Source: Candidatus Latescibacterota bacterium | GTDB lineage: Bacteria; Latescibacterota; UBA2968; GCA-2709665 | Assembly: GCA_965203805.1 (NCBI GenBank) | Contig: OZ241917.1 | Coordinates: 224,001 to 288,000 of the forward strand | DNA: 64,000 bases | Reading direction: 5' to 3' | Shown here: positions 55,284 to 64,000 of the stretch, piece by piece | How the letters are laid out: every line of letters begins with the position of its first letter | Position numbering within the stretch: the stretch's first letter is position 1 | Notes under the pieces: model-generated | What the model saw: only the letters and a program-made list of their open reading frames with translations | Told to the model about the DNA's origin: nothing | The model's database searches: none | Program-made: the position numbers and the translations under genes

Positions 55284-56078
55284 TCAGGAACCCACGGCGG
55301 AATATCTCCTGATGCCGCGGCGCCAGACGAATTTGACAATGACGAATCCGATAGCCACCCAAAACGCCTGCATCAGGAAGCCATGTGTGATCTGCGCTCT
55401 GTCGAGCCTTCCGAGGAGCAACTCGACCGGAAAGGCGACGGACCATTTGAACGGGAGCGCGTCCGCGACCGTCCTCGCCCACGCGGGCAGCAGATCCAGC
55501 GGCGCGATTCTGCCAGACAGAAACAGGCCGAAGAAGAAATACATCTGATTGACCGCGTCGGTCCGGGTTGTCCAGAACGCAACAAGGGAGAGTGCCCACT
55601 CGACGAAGAATCTGAGGAGGTACGCGAGTACCAGCGAGAACACGAAGAGCAGCACGTTGATGACTTCAAGGTCGAACGTGGGATTGAACAGGAAGCAGAG
55701 GACGGCCGCCGACGGGATCAATACGCACAATGTCAGGGTCTTGTAGCCAATGTTGTCGGCAATGTCGCTGTGGATCGGATGGATCGGCTTCAGGAGCATC
55801 GCGGACAGCTCCCCGTGCTGCACGCGATAGCCCATCTCGTGCATGATCCAGGTAAACGTCCACATGTTGACGACCATCAGGACGATGTAATACGAGGCAA
55901 ATCCGCCTGCGTCGTATCCGCCCACGTCGCCGCCGCGGGCAAGCGCAACGGTGGACCAGACGACGCAATAGATCGTCGGTTCGAGGAGCCCGCCGATCAT
56001 CCAGATCGCCAGGGCCACGCGGTACTGAAACTGAAGCGCAATGGTGGTCTTCAGGTATGCCCAGTAGATCGCAATCAT
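55284..56078 (-). CDS. ABC-2 family permease (DUF990-like)
   Basis: QYRVAL, GELSAMLLKP, SGRIAPLDLLP, WRRGIRRYSAVG. Confidence 0.88.
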   Translation of the reverse strand: MIAIYWAYLKTTIALQFQYRVALAIWMIGGLLEPTIYCVVWSTVALARGGDVGGYDAGGFASYYIVLMVVNMWTFTWIMHEMGYRVQHGELSAMLLKPIHPIHSDIADNIGYKTLTLCVLIPSAAVLCFLFNPTFDLEVINVLLFVFSLVLAYLLRFFVEWALSLVAFWTTRTDAVNQMYFFFGLFLSGRIAPLDLLPAWARTVADALPFKWSVAFPVELLLGRLDRAQITHGFLMQAFWVAIGFVIVKFVWRRGIRRYSAVGS

Positions 56079-56083
56079 CGGTG

Positions 56084-57088
56084 TCAGCCGGCTCCCGCCT
56101 GCCCCCCTCGGTATTCCGGGGTTTCCACCGAGAAGACCTGTTCGATGACCTCCTCGATGGGCGGGTCTTCGACGGTAAGGTCGAGCACGGGCAAATCACC
56201 CAGAATCCTCGCCGTTACCTGTGGGGTGGCTTCTTTGGGTACGCGCAGGGAATAGCGCAAGCCGGCGGCTTCAACCACTTCTCCGTATGGCGTCAGGTCG
56301 GCGCCTTCGGTCTCGAGTTCAACGTCGATGGTCTTGTGCGGGGAGAACCGGGCAACCAGGTCGGAAAGCGCGCCATCGAAGAGAATCCGGCCGTGGTGGA
56401 TGACCACGACACGCCTGCAGAGGGCTTCGACGTCGGCCATGTAATGGCTGGTGAGCAGCACCGTCGCGCCGTGCGCCCGGTTGTAGTCGTCGACGAAGCT
56501 CCGGATGCGGCGCTGCATGGTCACGTCGAGACCGATCGTGGGTTCATCCAGGAAGAGTACCTTCGGTCGATGCAGCAGGGCGGCCGCGATCTCGCATTTC
56601 ATCCGTTCTCCCAGCGACAGGTTTCTGACCGGTTTCGGCAGAAGCGACTCCAGCTCGAGCAACTCCGTCAATTCATCGAGCGTCTCGCTGTAGTCCCCGC
56701 GGGAGATCCGATAGACCGCCCGATTGCGCTCCAGCGAGTCGATCATCGGGATGTCCCAGATCAGCTGGTTTCGCTGGCCCATTACCAGCGTAATCTGGCT
56801 GAGGAACGCCTTCTCGCGCCGGTGAGGGACAAATCCCAGGACGTCGGCCGTGCCCCCGGTGGGGTAGAGCAGCCCCGATAGCATTTTGAGGGTCGTGGTC
56901 TTTCCCGCCCCGTTTGGACCTAGAAACCCGACGACCTCGCCCGGTTCGACGCTGAAGGAAATCGCCTCGACGGCCTTGACCACCCTGGATTTTCGTTTGA
57001 CAAGGCTCTTTGCCGCGGCGCGCAGTCCGGCCTCGCGTTCGGGTACGACGTAGTGTTTGGAAAGGCCTTCTACCGTGATTGCGTGCAT
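56084..57088 (-). CDS. ABC transporter ATP-binding protein
   Basis: GPNGAGKT, LSLGERMK, LDEPT, TSH. Confidence 0.92.
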   Translation of the reverse strand: MHAITVEGLSKHYVVPEREAGLRAAAKSLVKRKSRVVKAVEAISFSVEPGEVVGFLGPNGAGKTTTLKMLSGLLYPTGGTADVLGFVPHRREKAFLSQITLVMGQRNQLIWDIPMIDSLERNRAVYRISRGDYSETLDELTELLELESLLPKPVRNLSLGERMKCEIAAALLHRPKVLFLDEPTIGLDVTMQRRIRSFVDDYNRAHGATVLLTSHYMADVEALCRRVVVIHHGRILFDGALSDLVARFSPHKTIDVELETEGADLTPYGEVVEAAGLRYSLRVPKEATPQVTARILGDLPVLDLTVEDPPIEEVIEQVFSVETPEYRGGQAGAG

Positions 57089-57214
57089 GTGATCGTAAGA
57101 CGTCGGCTCCGGAGTTTCGCCATTATAGACAACGAGCCGCCGTTTTTTTGTATTCGGCGGCCCTTGACAGCGAGAACGGGAGTACTCAACCAGGACAACT
57201 CGTAACGCGATCGC

Positions 57215-58447
57215 TCAGGCTTCGATCCTGTCCTTTATCACCCGCCAGTCCGATGCCGTCATGTCGTTGTAATGCCAGTAAATGAGCGTGTTCAGACCGC
57301 CTTGCTCAACGGTCTGCAGCAGGTGTTCGAGTTCGCGGCTGTCCATGCGGACACCACCGTGATGCAGACCCATCCAGGGTCGGATGCGGGAGACGTCGCC
57401 CACGCGTTCCCTCATTTTGAAAATCTCGCTCAGGGCCACCTGCTCGAAGAACTCCGGTGGAAGCGCCGCGTCCAGATCGGCGAGGCGCGCGGCGCCTGGA
57501 ACCCACAGGGCAAAGAGTTCACGAACGCGGTCGAGCGCTTCCGGCTCGGTCATGCCGGGATTCCACTCGCAGAGGGTCTTTCCGTAACGGTACAGCGTGC
57601 CCTTCAGGCCGTCGATGCCGTGTTGCCAGAAATAGAGTTTGGGGCATTGAAAATCGACAATTCCCGCGAGGCGTCCGAAGTTGTAGCCTGTGAGCGGCGC
57701 AAATGCGGGCAGTCGGGGTCCGCAGGCTATCTTTCGCGGTGGATCGAGCGATCGGGCGGTGTCCGCGAAAGCCCGTACGTAGTTTTCGATGCTGTCGGTC
57801 TTGAAGCGGAACCAATCGAAGAGACCCGGGTTCGCAATCAGTGTGTCGAGACCGTCCATCAGGCCGCGTTCCCGGCGACCTGGCGGGAGGTTCCCCAGAT
57901 TCCGCAGACTGTCCTTAAGGCGTGCCTGGGCTTGCCAGACGGCATCGAAATCGTACCCCCATTCCGACGCCCTGTCGCGGCAGCAGTCACAGTCGCAGCG
58001 GAACAGATTGCTCCGATAATCGGGCGCGATCTCATACCCCCACTCGGGCCCGTCAAGGATGAATCCATCCACCCCGGGGAAACTTCGAACCACGTCCCGC
58101 GTCCGTGCCGGCCCGTACCTGAGTTTCTCCGGATCGTTGATGCAGCCCGGCGCTGACTGAAGCCAATCGTGGAGGTACACGCTGAAGTTCCGGTCTTTCG
58201 CCCTTTCGACTGCGCGTTGCAGGATTTCGAACCGGGCGGTGTCTTCGCGTGACATCTCCGGGGGAGGGGTCTCGCATTCCCTGTACAAATTCGGCGTGGG
58301 CGGATACGCCGGCGACGGTCCGAATCTCAGGTCGCCGAGCACGATGTTGCCGATGCCCGCCCCTTCCAGGCGGTCCAGAATACGGTCGGCGCCTTCTTCT
58401 TCGAAGGCGTCGATCCGGCCGATAAACATCCATATATCGAGTGACAT
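57215..58447 (-). CDS. Hypothetical protein, possible TIM-barrel glycoside-hydrolase-like fold
   Basis: VDGFILDGPE, CDCDCC metal-site-like motif, DWFRFK. Confidence 0.55.
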   Translation of the reverse strand: MSLDIWMFIGRIDAFEEEGADRILDRLEGAGIGNIVLGDLRFGPSPAYPPTPNLYRECETPPPEMSREDTARFEILQRAVERAKDRNFSVYLHDWLQSAPGCINDPEKLRYGPARTRDVVRSFPGVDGFILDGPEWGYEIAPDYRSNLFRCDCDCCRDRASEWGYDFDAVWQAQARLKDSLRNLGNLPPGRRERGLMDGLDTLIANPGLFDWFRFKTDSIENYVRAFADTARSLDPPRKIACGPRLPAFAPLTGYNFGRLAGIVDFQCPKLYFWQHGIDGLKGTLYRYGKTLCEWNPGMTEPEALDRVRELFALWVPGAARLADLDAALPPEFFEQVALSEIFKMRERVGDVSRIRPWMGLHHGGVRMDSRELEHLLQTVEQGGLNTLIYWHYNDMTASDWRVIKDRIEA

Positions 58448-58514
58448 GGAAGGTCCGTACAAAAGGAGGGCGGATTTGAAACCCCGCCCCCGTGGGCCCC
58501 TGCGGGTCGAAAAT

Positions 58515-59564
58515 TCAACCGATCTTCAGCATGCGATCCACTGCGCGTCTGGCGCGAATGCGGATGTCTTCAGGTACTTCGATGATCTGTTCGTTGTTTT
58601 TCAGCGCGTTCAGGGTGTCTTCGAGGGTGATTTCGTTCATGTGCGGGCAGCGGATACTGCACAGCCGTACCATTTCCTTGTCGGGGTTATCGGCCATGAT
58701 ATTGTCACCCATGCTGCACTCGGTAAGCAAGAGATAACTGGATGCGTCGGTCTCCTGCACGAAATCGCTCATTTTAGACGTGCTGCTGGAGAAATCGGAA
58801 GCGGAAACGACTTCGGGACTGCACTCCGGATGGGCGAGAACGAGGACGCCGGGAAATTGCTCCCGAACCTGGGTGACATCGTCGACCGTGAATTTCTCAT
58901 GCACTTCGCACCGGCCGTGCCAGCCGATCATCTCGTATTCGAGTTCCGCGCGGGGCAGATCGGGTTCTTCCCGCGAAGGGAAGATGATCCGCTTGCCGGT
59001 TTCCTGCGCCACGTTCGCCGCGAGGTATTCGTCGGGAAGAAAGATGACGGTATCGCTGCCGAGCGATTCCACAACCTTTGCGGCGTTGCTGGACGTGCAG
59101 CAGACGTCGCATTCCGCTTTCACGTCGGCATAGGTGTTGATGTAGGTGACGATGGGGACGCCGGGGTAATCCAGTCTGAGCATGCGGACGTCTTCGGCCG
59201 TGATACTCGCCGCGAGCGAACAGCCCGCAATCTTCGCGGGCAGGAGTACCGTCTTTTCCGGGTTGAGGATCTTTGCGGTTTCCGCCATGAATCGCACGCC
59301 GCAGAACACGATCGGATCGCAGTCGGTTTCAGCGGCTTTGCGGCTGAGTTCGAGCGAATCGCCTACCACGTCCGGCACGGTATGGAAGAGCGCCGGTTCC
59401 ATGTAGTTGTGTCCCAGGATGATGGCGCCGCGCGCCTCCTTCAGGCGGTTGATCTCGTAGACCAGTTCGGCTTTATACAGCAGCTCGATCTCCGGCACAA
59501 GACCACTGAGTTTGCGCTCCATCTGTTCGTACGTATCCTGGAGCGTGTCTGCGAGAATTGCCAT
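58515..59564 (-). CDS. nadA: Quinolinate synthase A
   Basis: GHNY, GDSLEL, FCGVRFMAE, GCSLA, YINT, CEVHE, AHPEC, CPHM. Confidence 0.97.
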   Translation of the reverse strand: MAILADTLQDTYEQMERKLSGLVPEIELLYKAELVYEINRLKEARGAIILGHNYMEPALFHTVPDVVGDSLELSRKAAETDCDPIVFCGVRFMAETAKILNPEKTVLLPAKIAGCSLAASITAEDVRMLRLDYPGVPIVTYINTYADVKAECDVCCTSSNAAKVVESLGSDTVIFLPDEYLAANVAQETGKRIIFPSREEPDLPRAELEYEMIGWHGRCEVHEKFTVDDVTQVREQFPGVLVLAHPECSPEVVSASDFSSSTSKMSDFVQETDASSYLLLTECSMGDNIMADNPDKEMVRLCSIRCPHMNEITLEDTLNALKNNEQIIEVPEDIRIRARRAVDRMLKIG

Positions 59565-59600
59565 CGAAAAAGTCTCCGTGCACTTCGAAATCCGAGTTTG

Positions 59601-59638
59601 TTAGCGCTAAAGATAACCAAAGTGTTTTGTATCGGCAA
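59601..59638 (-). promoter_or_regulatory. Putative nadA promoter with palindromic operator
   Basis: TTGCCG-N17-TATCTT; palindrome TTAGCGCTAA at 59,601-59,610. Confidence 0.45.
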
Positions 59639-59667
59639 GGGCATACCGCCCATGAATTTTCGTTTCG

Positions 59668-60780
59668 TTACGGATGCGTTCCAAAGGAAGTCTGCCGCCG
59701 GGCCCCTGGTCTCGTTCCGGACTCGTCTATCAGGTCCTCCTGCCGGGAACGCTTGAGAAGTTCCGCTTCCGCCGCGTGTCTCTCCGCCTCTGTCTCGAGC
59801 GCCGTTACAGTTACGCCGGGCGCAGGCGCCGGTGAAAGGATCCGGCTGGCGCCGGCATTCCACAGCGCCCTGACAACCGGTTCGGGTTCCGGCGCCAGGG
59901 CAATGATGGTGCCGCCGGCTCCGGCGCCGGCCAGCTTGGCGCCCAGGGCGCCGCAACTCAGCGCGGCCTGAATGAGTCGTTCGTTTTCCGGACCGGAACC
60001 GCCGAGATCCCGCTGGATTTCGTGGTTCTCCGCCATCAGTTCGCCCAGGGTTCGCCAGTCTGTTTCCAGAAGCGCCCGTTTTCCCATCCGGGCCAGGTGG
60101 GCGATGCGGAGGTAGCTGCGAACGACTTCCCGGTCGCCTTCCAGCCAGCGTTCCCGGATCGGCTGGTGTACCCGGGCGGAGTTTCGCTTTACGCCCGTGT
60201 GGGCCAGGATGAAGGGGCAATCCTCGATGAACGGCGCCAGGGGTTCCACGGTGGCGTACGGTTCGTCGGCCAGCGCCCGGTAGAACTGCTTTTCACGGAA
60301 GTCCATAAAGTTCAGACCCCCGATCGTGCACATATATGCGTCCTGATATCCGCAGAGTACAAGATAGTGCAACTCGATGTGGCGGGCCATTTCCGCGCGG
60401 TAGTACACGTGGACCGACCGGCCCATGTAGGCCAGCACAGCGTTGAGGATGGATACAATCAGGGCGGATGAACTCGAAAGACCGGCACGGAAGGGGACGT
60501 CGCAGGCCCAGCGCAGGGAGAATAGCGCGTTCTTCAGGTTGAGGTAGTCGACAACGGCCATCGCAACGTCGAAATATCCGCCGTCCGGTTTCGGTTCGTC
60601 CGAGGGTTGTATCACACGGCGGCAGCCGGCAACCTCGAAGCTCAGAACGTCGGCGGGTTCAATGAGTACGGCAGCACGTTCCCTTGTGGAACAGGAGATG
60701 ACGCTGCCCCCGTACATATCGGTGGGATTGCCGATAATGCCCGCTCTGCCCGGCGCCGTGCTCAGATAGGCCCCCGGCAT
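59668..60780 (-). CDS. GHMP-family sugar kinase, glucuronokinase-like
   Basis: PGRAGIIGNPTD, PFRAGLSSSSA, GYQD, GAKLAGAGAGG. Confidence 0.8.
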   Translation of the reverse strand: MPGAYLSTAPGRAGIIGNPTDMYGGSVISCSTRERAAVLIEPADVLSFEVAGCRRVIQPSDEPKPDGGYFDVAMAVVDYLNLKNALFSLRWACDVPFRAGLSSSSALIVSILNAVLAYMGRSVHVYYRAEMARHIELHYLVLCGYQDAYMCTIGGLNFMDFREKQFYRALADEPYATVEPLAPFIEDCPFILAHTGVKRNSARVHQPIRERWLEGDREVVRSYLRIAHLARMGKRALLETDWRTLGELMAENHEIQRDLGGSGPENERLIQAALSCGALGAKLAGAGAGGTIIALAPEPEPVVRALWNAGASRILSPAPAPGVTVTALETEAERHAAEAELLKRSRQEDLIDESGTRPGARRQTSFGTHP

Positions 60781-60782
60781 CG

Positions 60783-61688
60783 TCAGAATTCCCTCAGTTG
60801 TTTCTGAATATGCTGGCGGACGATATAACCGTGGCGCTGGTCCGAGATGGCGAAATCGATAAAGGCCTTGTAGTAGGATACCGGGTCGCCGATACCATAT
60901 CGAAGTTCCTCCTTCTTCAGGCGCACGCACCGCACTTTTCGTCCCATCTTGATCAGGGTGGCGATCGCGTCTGTCAACTCCAGTTTGCCGCTCGGCCCGG
61001 GAAGGGTGTGCCGGATTGCGTCGAAAATCTCAGGATGAAACACATACCGCGCGGCGACGGCAAGGCGACTGGGCGCGTCGGCCACGGCCGGCTTCTCGAC
61101 GATGCCCTCGATTTCGAAGTCCGTGCCGGCCCTGTTTTCGGGATTGACAATACCGTAGTTGGACACATCCGAAGGATCCACTTCCACAACAGCGATGGTA
61201 CAGCGGGAATCGTGCCGGAAATGGGACCTGATCATCCTCCGGATCAACCCGGCGTGGCTGCCGGACTTCACAATGGTATCTCCAAGCGCCACGACAAACG
61301 GGTCGTTTCCCACGAAGTCCTCGGCACCGCCGATGGCGTCTCCTATTCCGGGCGGCGTATGCCGCCCCTGGGGGACAAGCTGGCGGGTGAAGAAAAACCT
61401 CACCGCTTCCCGTCCATAGTCCACCGCGTCCAGCAGTTCCCGGTTTTCGCTTTCCGATAGACGATTCAGCAGTTCAGGGTCCCGATCGAAGTGATCTTCC
61501 ACCGACCGTTTGTCCCGCCCGGTAATGAACAGGAATCTTGACAGGCCCTGATCAACCATTTCTTCGACGACGTATTGCACCACGGGTTTGCACCCAACGG
61601 GAAGCATCTCCTTCGGTTGCGATTTGGTGGCCGGCAGGAGCCCGGTACCCATACCGGCCAGCGGGATCACGACCTTTTCGATTTCCAT
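60783..61688 (-). CDS. galU: UTP--sugar-1-phosphate uridylyltransferase (GalU-like)
   Basis: VIPLAGMGT.LLPATKSQPKEMLPV, VEDHFD, IVEKP, LELTDAI. Confidence 0.8.
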   Translation of the reverse strand: MEIEKVVIPLAGMGTGLLPATKSQPKEMLPVGCKPVVQYVVEEMVDQGLSRFLFITGRDKRSVEDHFDRDPELLNRLSESENRELLDAVDYGREAVRFFFTRQLVPQGRHTPPGIGDAIGGAEDFVGNDPFVVALGDTIVKSGSHAGLIRRMIRSHFRHDSRCTIAVVEVDPSDVSNYGIVNPENRAGTDFEIEGIVEKPAVADAPSRLAVAARYVFHPEIFDAIRHTLPGPSGKLELTDAIATLIKMGRKVRCVRLKKEELRYGIGDPVSYYKAFIDFAISDQRHGYIVRQHIQKQLREF

Positions 61689-61930
61689 AAGACGGAACTC
61701 CCTGGGTTCGTTGAATACAAAAATCAGGGCGCGCCTGCTGCGGCACACCCTGCATTCGATGTGATGAATATGTTACGTACAGCGGCCATCGAATCCGGCC
61801 GCGCCGGTGTGTCAACGGGGTCGGGCTCTGGCTGCGGACCCAATAATGGGTCAGGCTCGCGGCCGGCAAAGGCCGGGGGAACACCGCATCCCGCCTGCCA
61901 GGGTCCCTTCGGGACGCGTGGCCGCTTGTC

Positions 61931-62260
61931 TTATAGCACGGCCTCGAGTTTTTCAACCAGTTGGTTCTTGGGTACCGCGCCGACAATCTGGTCGGCCAGT
62001 TCACCGTCTTTGAATATGAGCAGCGTCGGGATGCTGCGAATTCCGTAGTCGGCGGCGATTTTCCGTTCGGAGTCGACGTCGACCTTGCCGACCTTGACCC
62101 TGCCCTCGTATTCGACGGCCAACTCGTCCACGATGGGCGCAACCATGCGGCAGGGACCGCACCAGACGGCCCAGAAATCCACGAGTACCGGAATCGAGGA
62201 CTGTACCACTTCAGTCTGAAAGCTGTCGTCGGTTATTGCTATTGCATTTGCCAACGCCAC
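61931..62260 (-). CDS. trxA: Thioredoxin
   Basis: VDFWAVWCGPC, IRSIPTL. Confidence 0.97.
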   Translation of the reverse strand: MALANAIAITDDSFQTEVVQSSIPVLVDFWAVWCGPCRMVAPIVDELAVEYEGRVKVGKVDVDSERKIAADYGIRSIPTLLIFKDGELADQIVGAVPKNQLVEKLEAVL

Positions 62261-62378
62261 ACCGCCTTTCGTTAACTGGTTCGAGTAACATTGAAGCGTT
62301 CACCGCGAGACCGGCGCGCGACGCGCCAGGGGGTTCCTGATTCGAACCGTCGGATGATGGCTTCTTCACTGGTTGTCA

Positions 62379-62407
62379 AATCTACCATGTTTTCAAGGGC
62401 GTGTCAA
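62379..62407 (-). promoter_or_regulatory. Sigma70 promoter for trxA
   Basis: TTGACA-N17-TAGATT with extended -10 TG. Confidence 0.6.
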
Positions 62408-62457
62408 GAATCAGAAAAGCGGTTGGGGACATTGAGGGGGAGCCGTATTGCGACCGT

Positions 62458-63486
62458 TCAGCCGGCCGGCCCGGAACAGATGCGGCAGATGAGCCGCGTG
62501 AGCGTGGCGTGAGGTGCTCGAGACCGCGACTTCAGGCGGTTGTCCGCGTGCAGGAGCGCTTCGTAAGCGCGCCACAGGCTCTGTTCGTCAAACTGTGCGG
62601 CCTGCTCGAGGTAACTGGAAACAAAGAACGGAGGAACTCTCAGCTTTCCCGCCATTTCGGACCGCGACAATCCCTGATTCCGGAGCCACCTGGCCTTGCG
62701 AAGAATCCCGATGTGACGCACAAGCATTGCCACAATTGCCACCGGATTGTCTCCGCGTTCCACAAGGCGGTGCAGAACGGACAGGGCATCGCGCGCATTG
62801 CGTTGCCCAACGGCATCGGTGAGTTCGAACACCGTTGCACTTCGCGCGGCGCCGCCAACCTGGATAACGTCGTCGCGCGTGATGGTATCGCGTCCTTGCG
62901 TATAGACGGCCAGCTTTTCGAGTTCACTGGCCAGTTCCCCCGGATTCGGACCCACGCCCAGGTGCAGCATGTGCGCGGCGTCGGGTTCAATGCGTTTTTC
63001 CAGGGTAGCCGCGCGGCTCTGAATCCACCGAGGGAGTTCACTTTCGTAAGGCGGCTTGAACTCCACGGAAACAGCGTTCTTTCTCAAGGCGGCGGAGATC
63101 TTCTTGCGGCCGTCCAGTTTGTCCGCGGTAAATACAAGGACAGTGGTCTCGACCGGGTTGTCGATGAGGGGCAGAAGGGTTCGCGCGTCCGTGTCCCGCA
63201 ACCGTTCCAGGCGCTTGACCACCACAACCCGACGCGACGCCATCATTGGAAAGGCGGTTGCCCGGCTGACCGCGTCGGCCGCATCCATCTCCTCGCCGCG
63301 GAAGATATCCAGGTTGAACGGTTTCGACGCGGGTTCGACGGCTGCGTCGACGAGGGCCGTCAGACTCTCTTCCTTGCTGACGTTTTCAGACCCATGCAGC
63401 AGATACAGGGGTGCGAATTCCCGCCGCTGTATCTGCGCGGTCAGTTTATCCTGAGAATTGCCGGCTCTGGCTTTGGTTTTGGCCAC
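62458..63486 (-). CDS. holA: DNA polymerase III subunit delta
   Basis: PLYLLHG.E, FPMMASRRVVVV, SELEKL, VFELTDA, ADNRLKS. GTG start inferred at 63,486. Confidence 0.9.
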   Translation of the reverse strand: MAKTKARAGNSQDKLTAQIQRREFAPLYLLHGSENVSKEESLTALVDAAVEPASKPFNLDIFRGEEMDAADAVSRATAFPMMASRRVVVVKRLERLRDTDARTLLPLIDNPVETTVLVFTADKLDGRKKISAALRKNAVSVEFKPPYESELPRWIQSRAATLEKRIEPDAAHMLHLGVGPNPGELASELEKLAVYTQGRDTITRDDVIQVGGAARSATVFELTDAVGQRNARDALSVLHRLVERGDNPVAIVAMLVRHIGILRKARWLRNQGLSRSEMAGKLRVPPFFVSSYLEQAAQFDEQSLWRAYEALLHADNRLKSRSRAPHATLTRLICRICSGPAG

Positions 63487-63568
63487 GGTCGTGTTGGACG
63501 GGAAAGAAGCGAACAACCATAATACATGTGCCGTTGCCCGCCGGCGTCGCGCGGACAGAGACAGAACA

Positions 63569-63760
63569 CTAGCTGTCAAGGTCGCGAAATTCAGCATCGC
63601 GAATCCGATTCCTGCTGTCTCGCCAGGATGGCTTCTTGCCGGCTGTACGGGCCTCGTCCTTTGCCCTGGCGACCCATCGAAGCGTGGATCGCAAACCGTC
63701 CCGAAGCACGCGGTAAACCAGACCCAGCAACAGGCCGAACAGGAAAATGCGCAGCAACAT
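63569..63760 (-). CDS. Small membrane-anchored hypothetical protein
   Basis: N-terminal hydrophobic helix and C-terminal IRDAEFRDL; fits between purM and holA. Confidence 0.6.
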   Translation of the reverse strand: MLLRIFLFGLLLGLVYRVLRDGLRSTLRWVARAKDEARTAGKKPSWRDSRNRIRDAEFRDLDS

Positions 63761-63772
63761 GGTGTACTCCCG

Positions 63773-64000
63773 CTACAGGATTTGAACACCGGATCCCGGA
63801 TCCTTCACAATTTCCCCGACGACGTAGCCTGTATCTCCACTTTGCCTCAACGCTTCTATCGCTTTCTCCGCCTGGCCGGAAGGCACGACAAGCAGCATCC
63901 CCAGACCCATGTTGAATACCCGAAACATCTCGTCGGTGGCGACGTCCTCGCCCACCCGCTGCAAAAGGCTGAAAACGGGAAGTTCGGGCCAGGTCCCCCA
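63773..64000 (-). CDS. purM: AIR synthase, 3' end (truncated by window edge)
   Basis: WPELPVF..LQ...EMFRVFNMGLGMLLVV. Confidence 0.92.
   Translation of the reverse strand, partial: WGTWPELPVFSLLQRVGEDVATDEMFRVFNMGLGMLLVVPSGQAEKAIEALRQSGDTGYVVGEIVKDPGSGVQIL

Noticed and set aside
58468-58489. GGGCGG-ATTTGAAACC-CCGCCC, REP-like palindrome
   Set aside because: Single imperfect copy in the window; may be just a terminator-like hairpin.
61800-61925. Several short hairpins between trxA and galU suggesting an ncRNA
   Set aside because: Short stems are expected at this GC content; no known RNA motif recognised.
1-64000. CRISPR array, tRNA, rRNA, IS or prophage genes
   Set aside because: None seen by eye; a short or degenerate element could have been missed.

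Overview
Bacterial (diderm) chromosomal window in two halves. Positions ~1-40,310 are a + strand defence island. It holds a DUF1156 N6-methyltransferase / MrfA-Hrq1-like helicase / DUF499 ATPase / TIR cluster; an orphan HsdS; a tightly coupled four-gene operon (N6-adenine MTase, GHKL ATPase fused to a histidine kinase, receiver-domain protein, unknown protein); a ~1,750-aa glycosyltransferase-kinase-methyltransferase fusion; two ABC-ATPase plus putative nuclease pairs; a primase-helicase split by one stop codon; SbcCD; and many toxin-antitoxin (TA) modules, mostly with broken toxins. Positions ~40,390-64,000 are visibly more GC-rich, - strand genes: ABC exporters, BrnTA, OprB porin, TonB receptor with DUF4249 lipoprotein, VapBC, a putative amine-catabolism cluster, nadA, a glucuronokinase-like kinase with a GalU-like partner, trxA, holA and the 3' end of purM. 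I saw no rRNA, tRNA, CRISPR array, integrase or transposase. The best candidates for undescribed systems are the MTase/GHKL-HK/REC/X operon (12,854-18,741) and the giant GT-kinase-MTase fusion (19,266-24,647). All family calls come from motif recognition by eye, not database searches.
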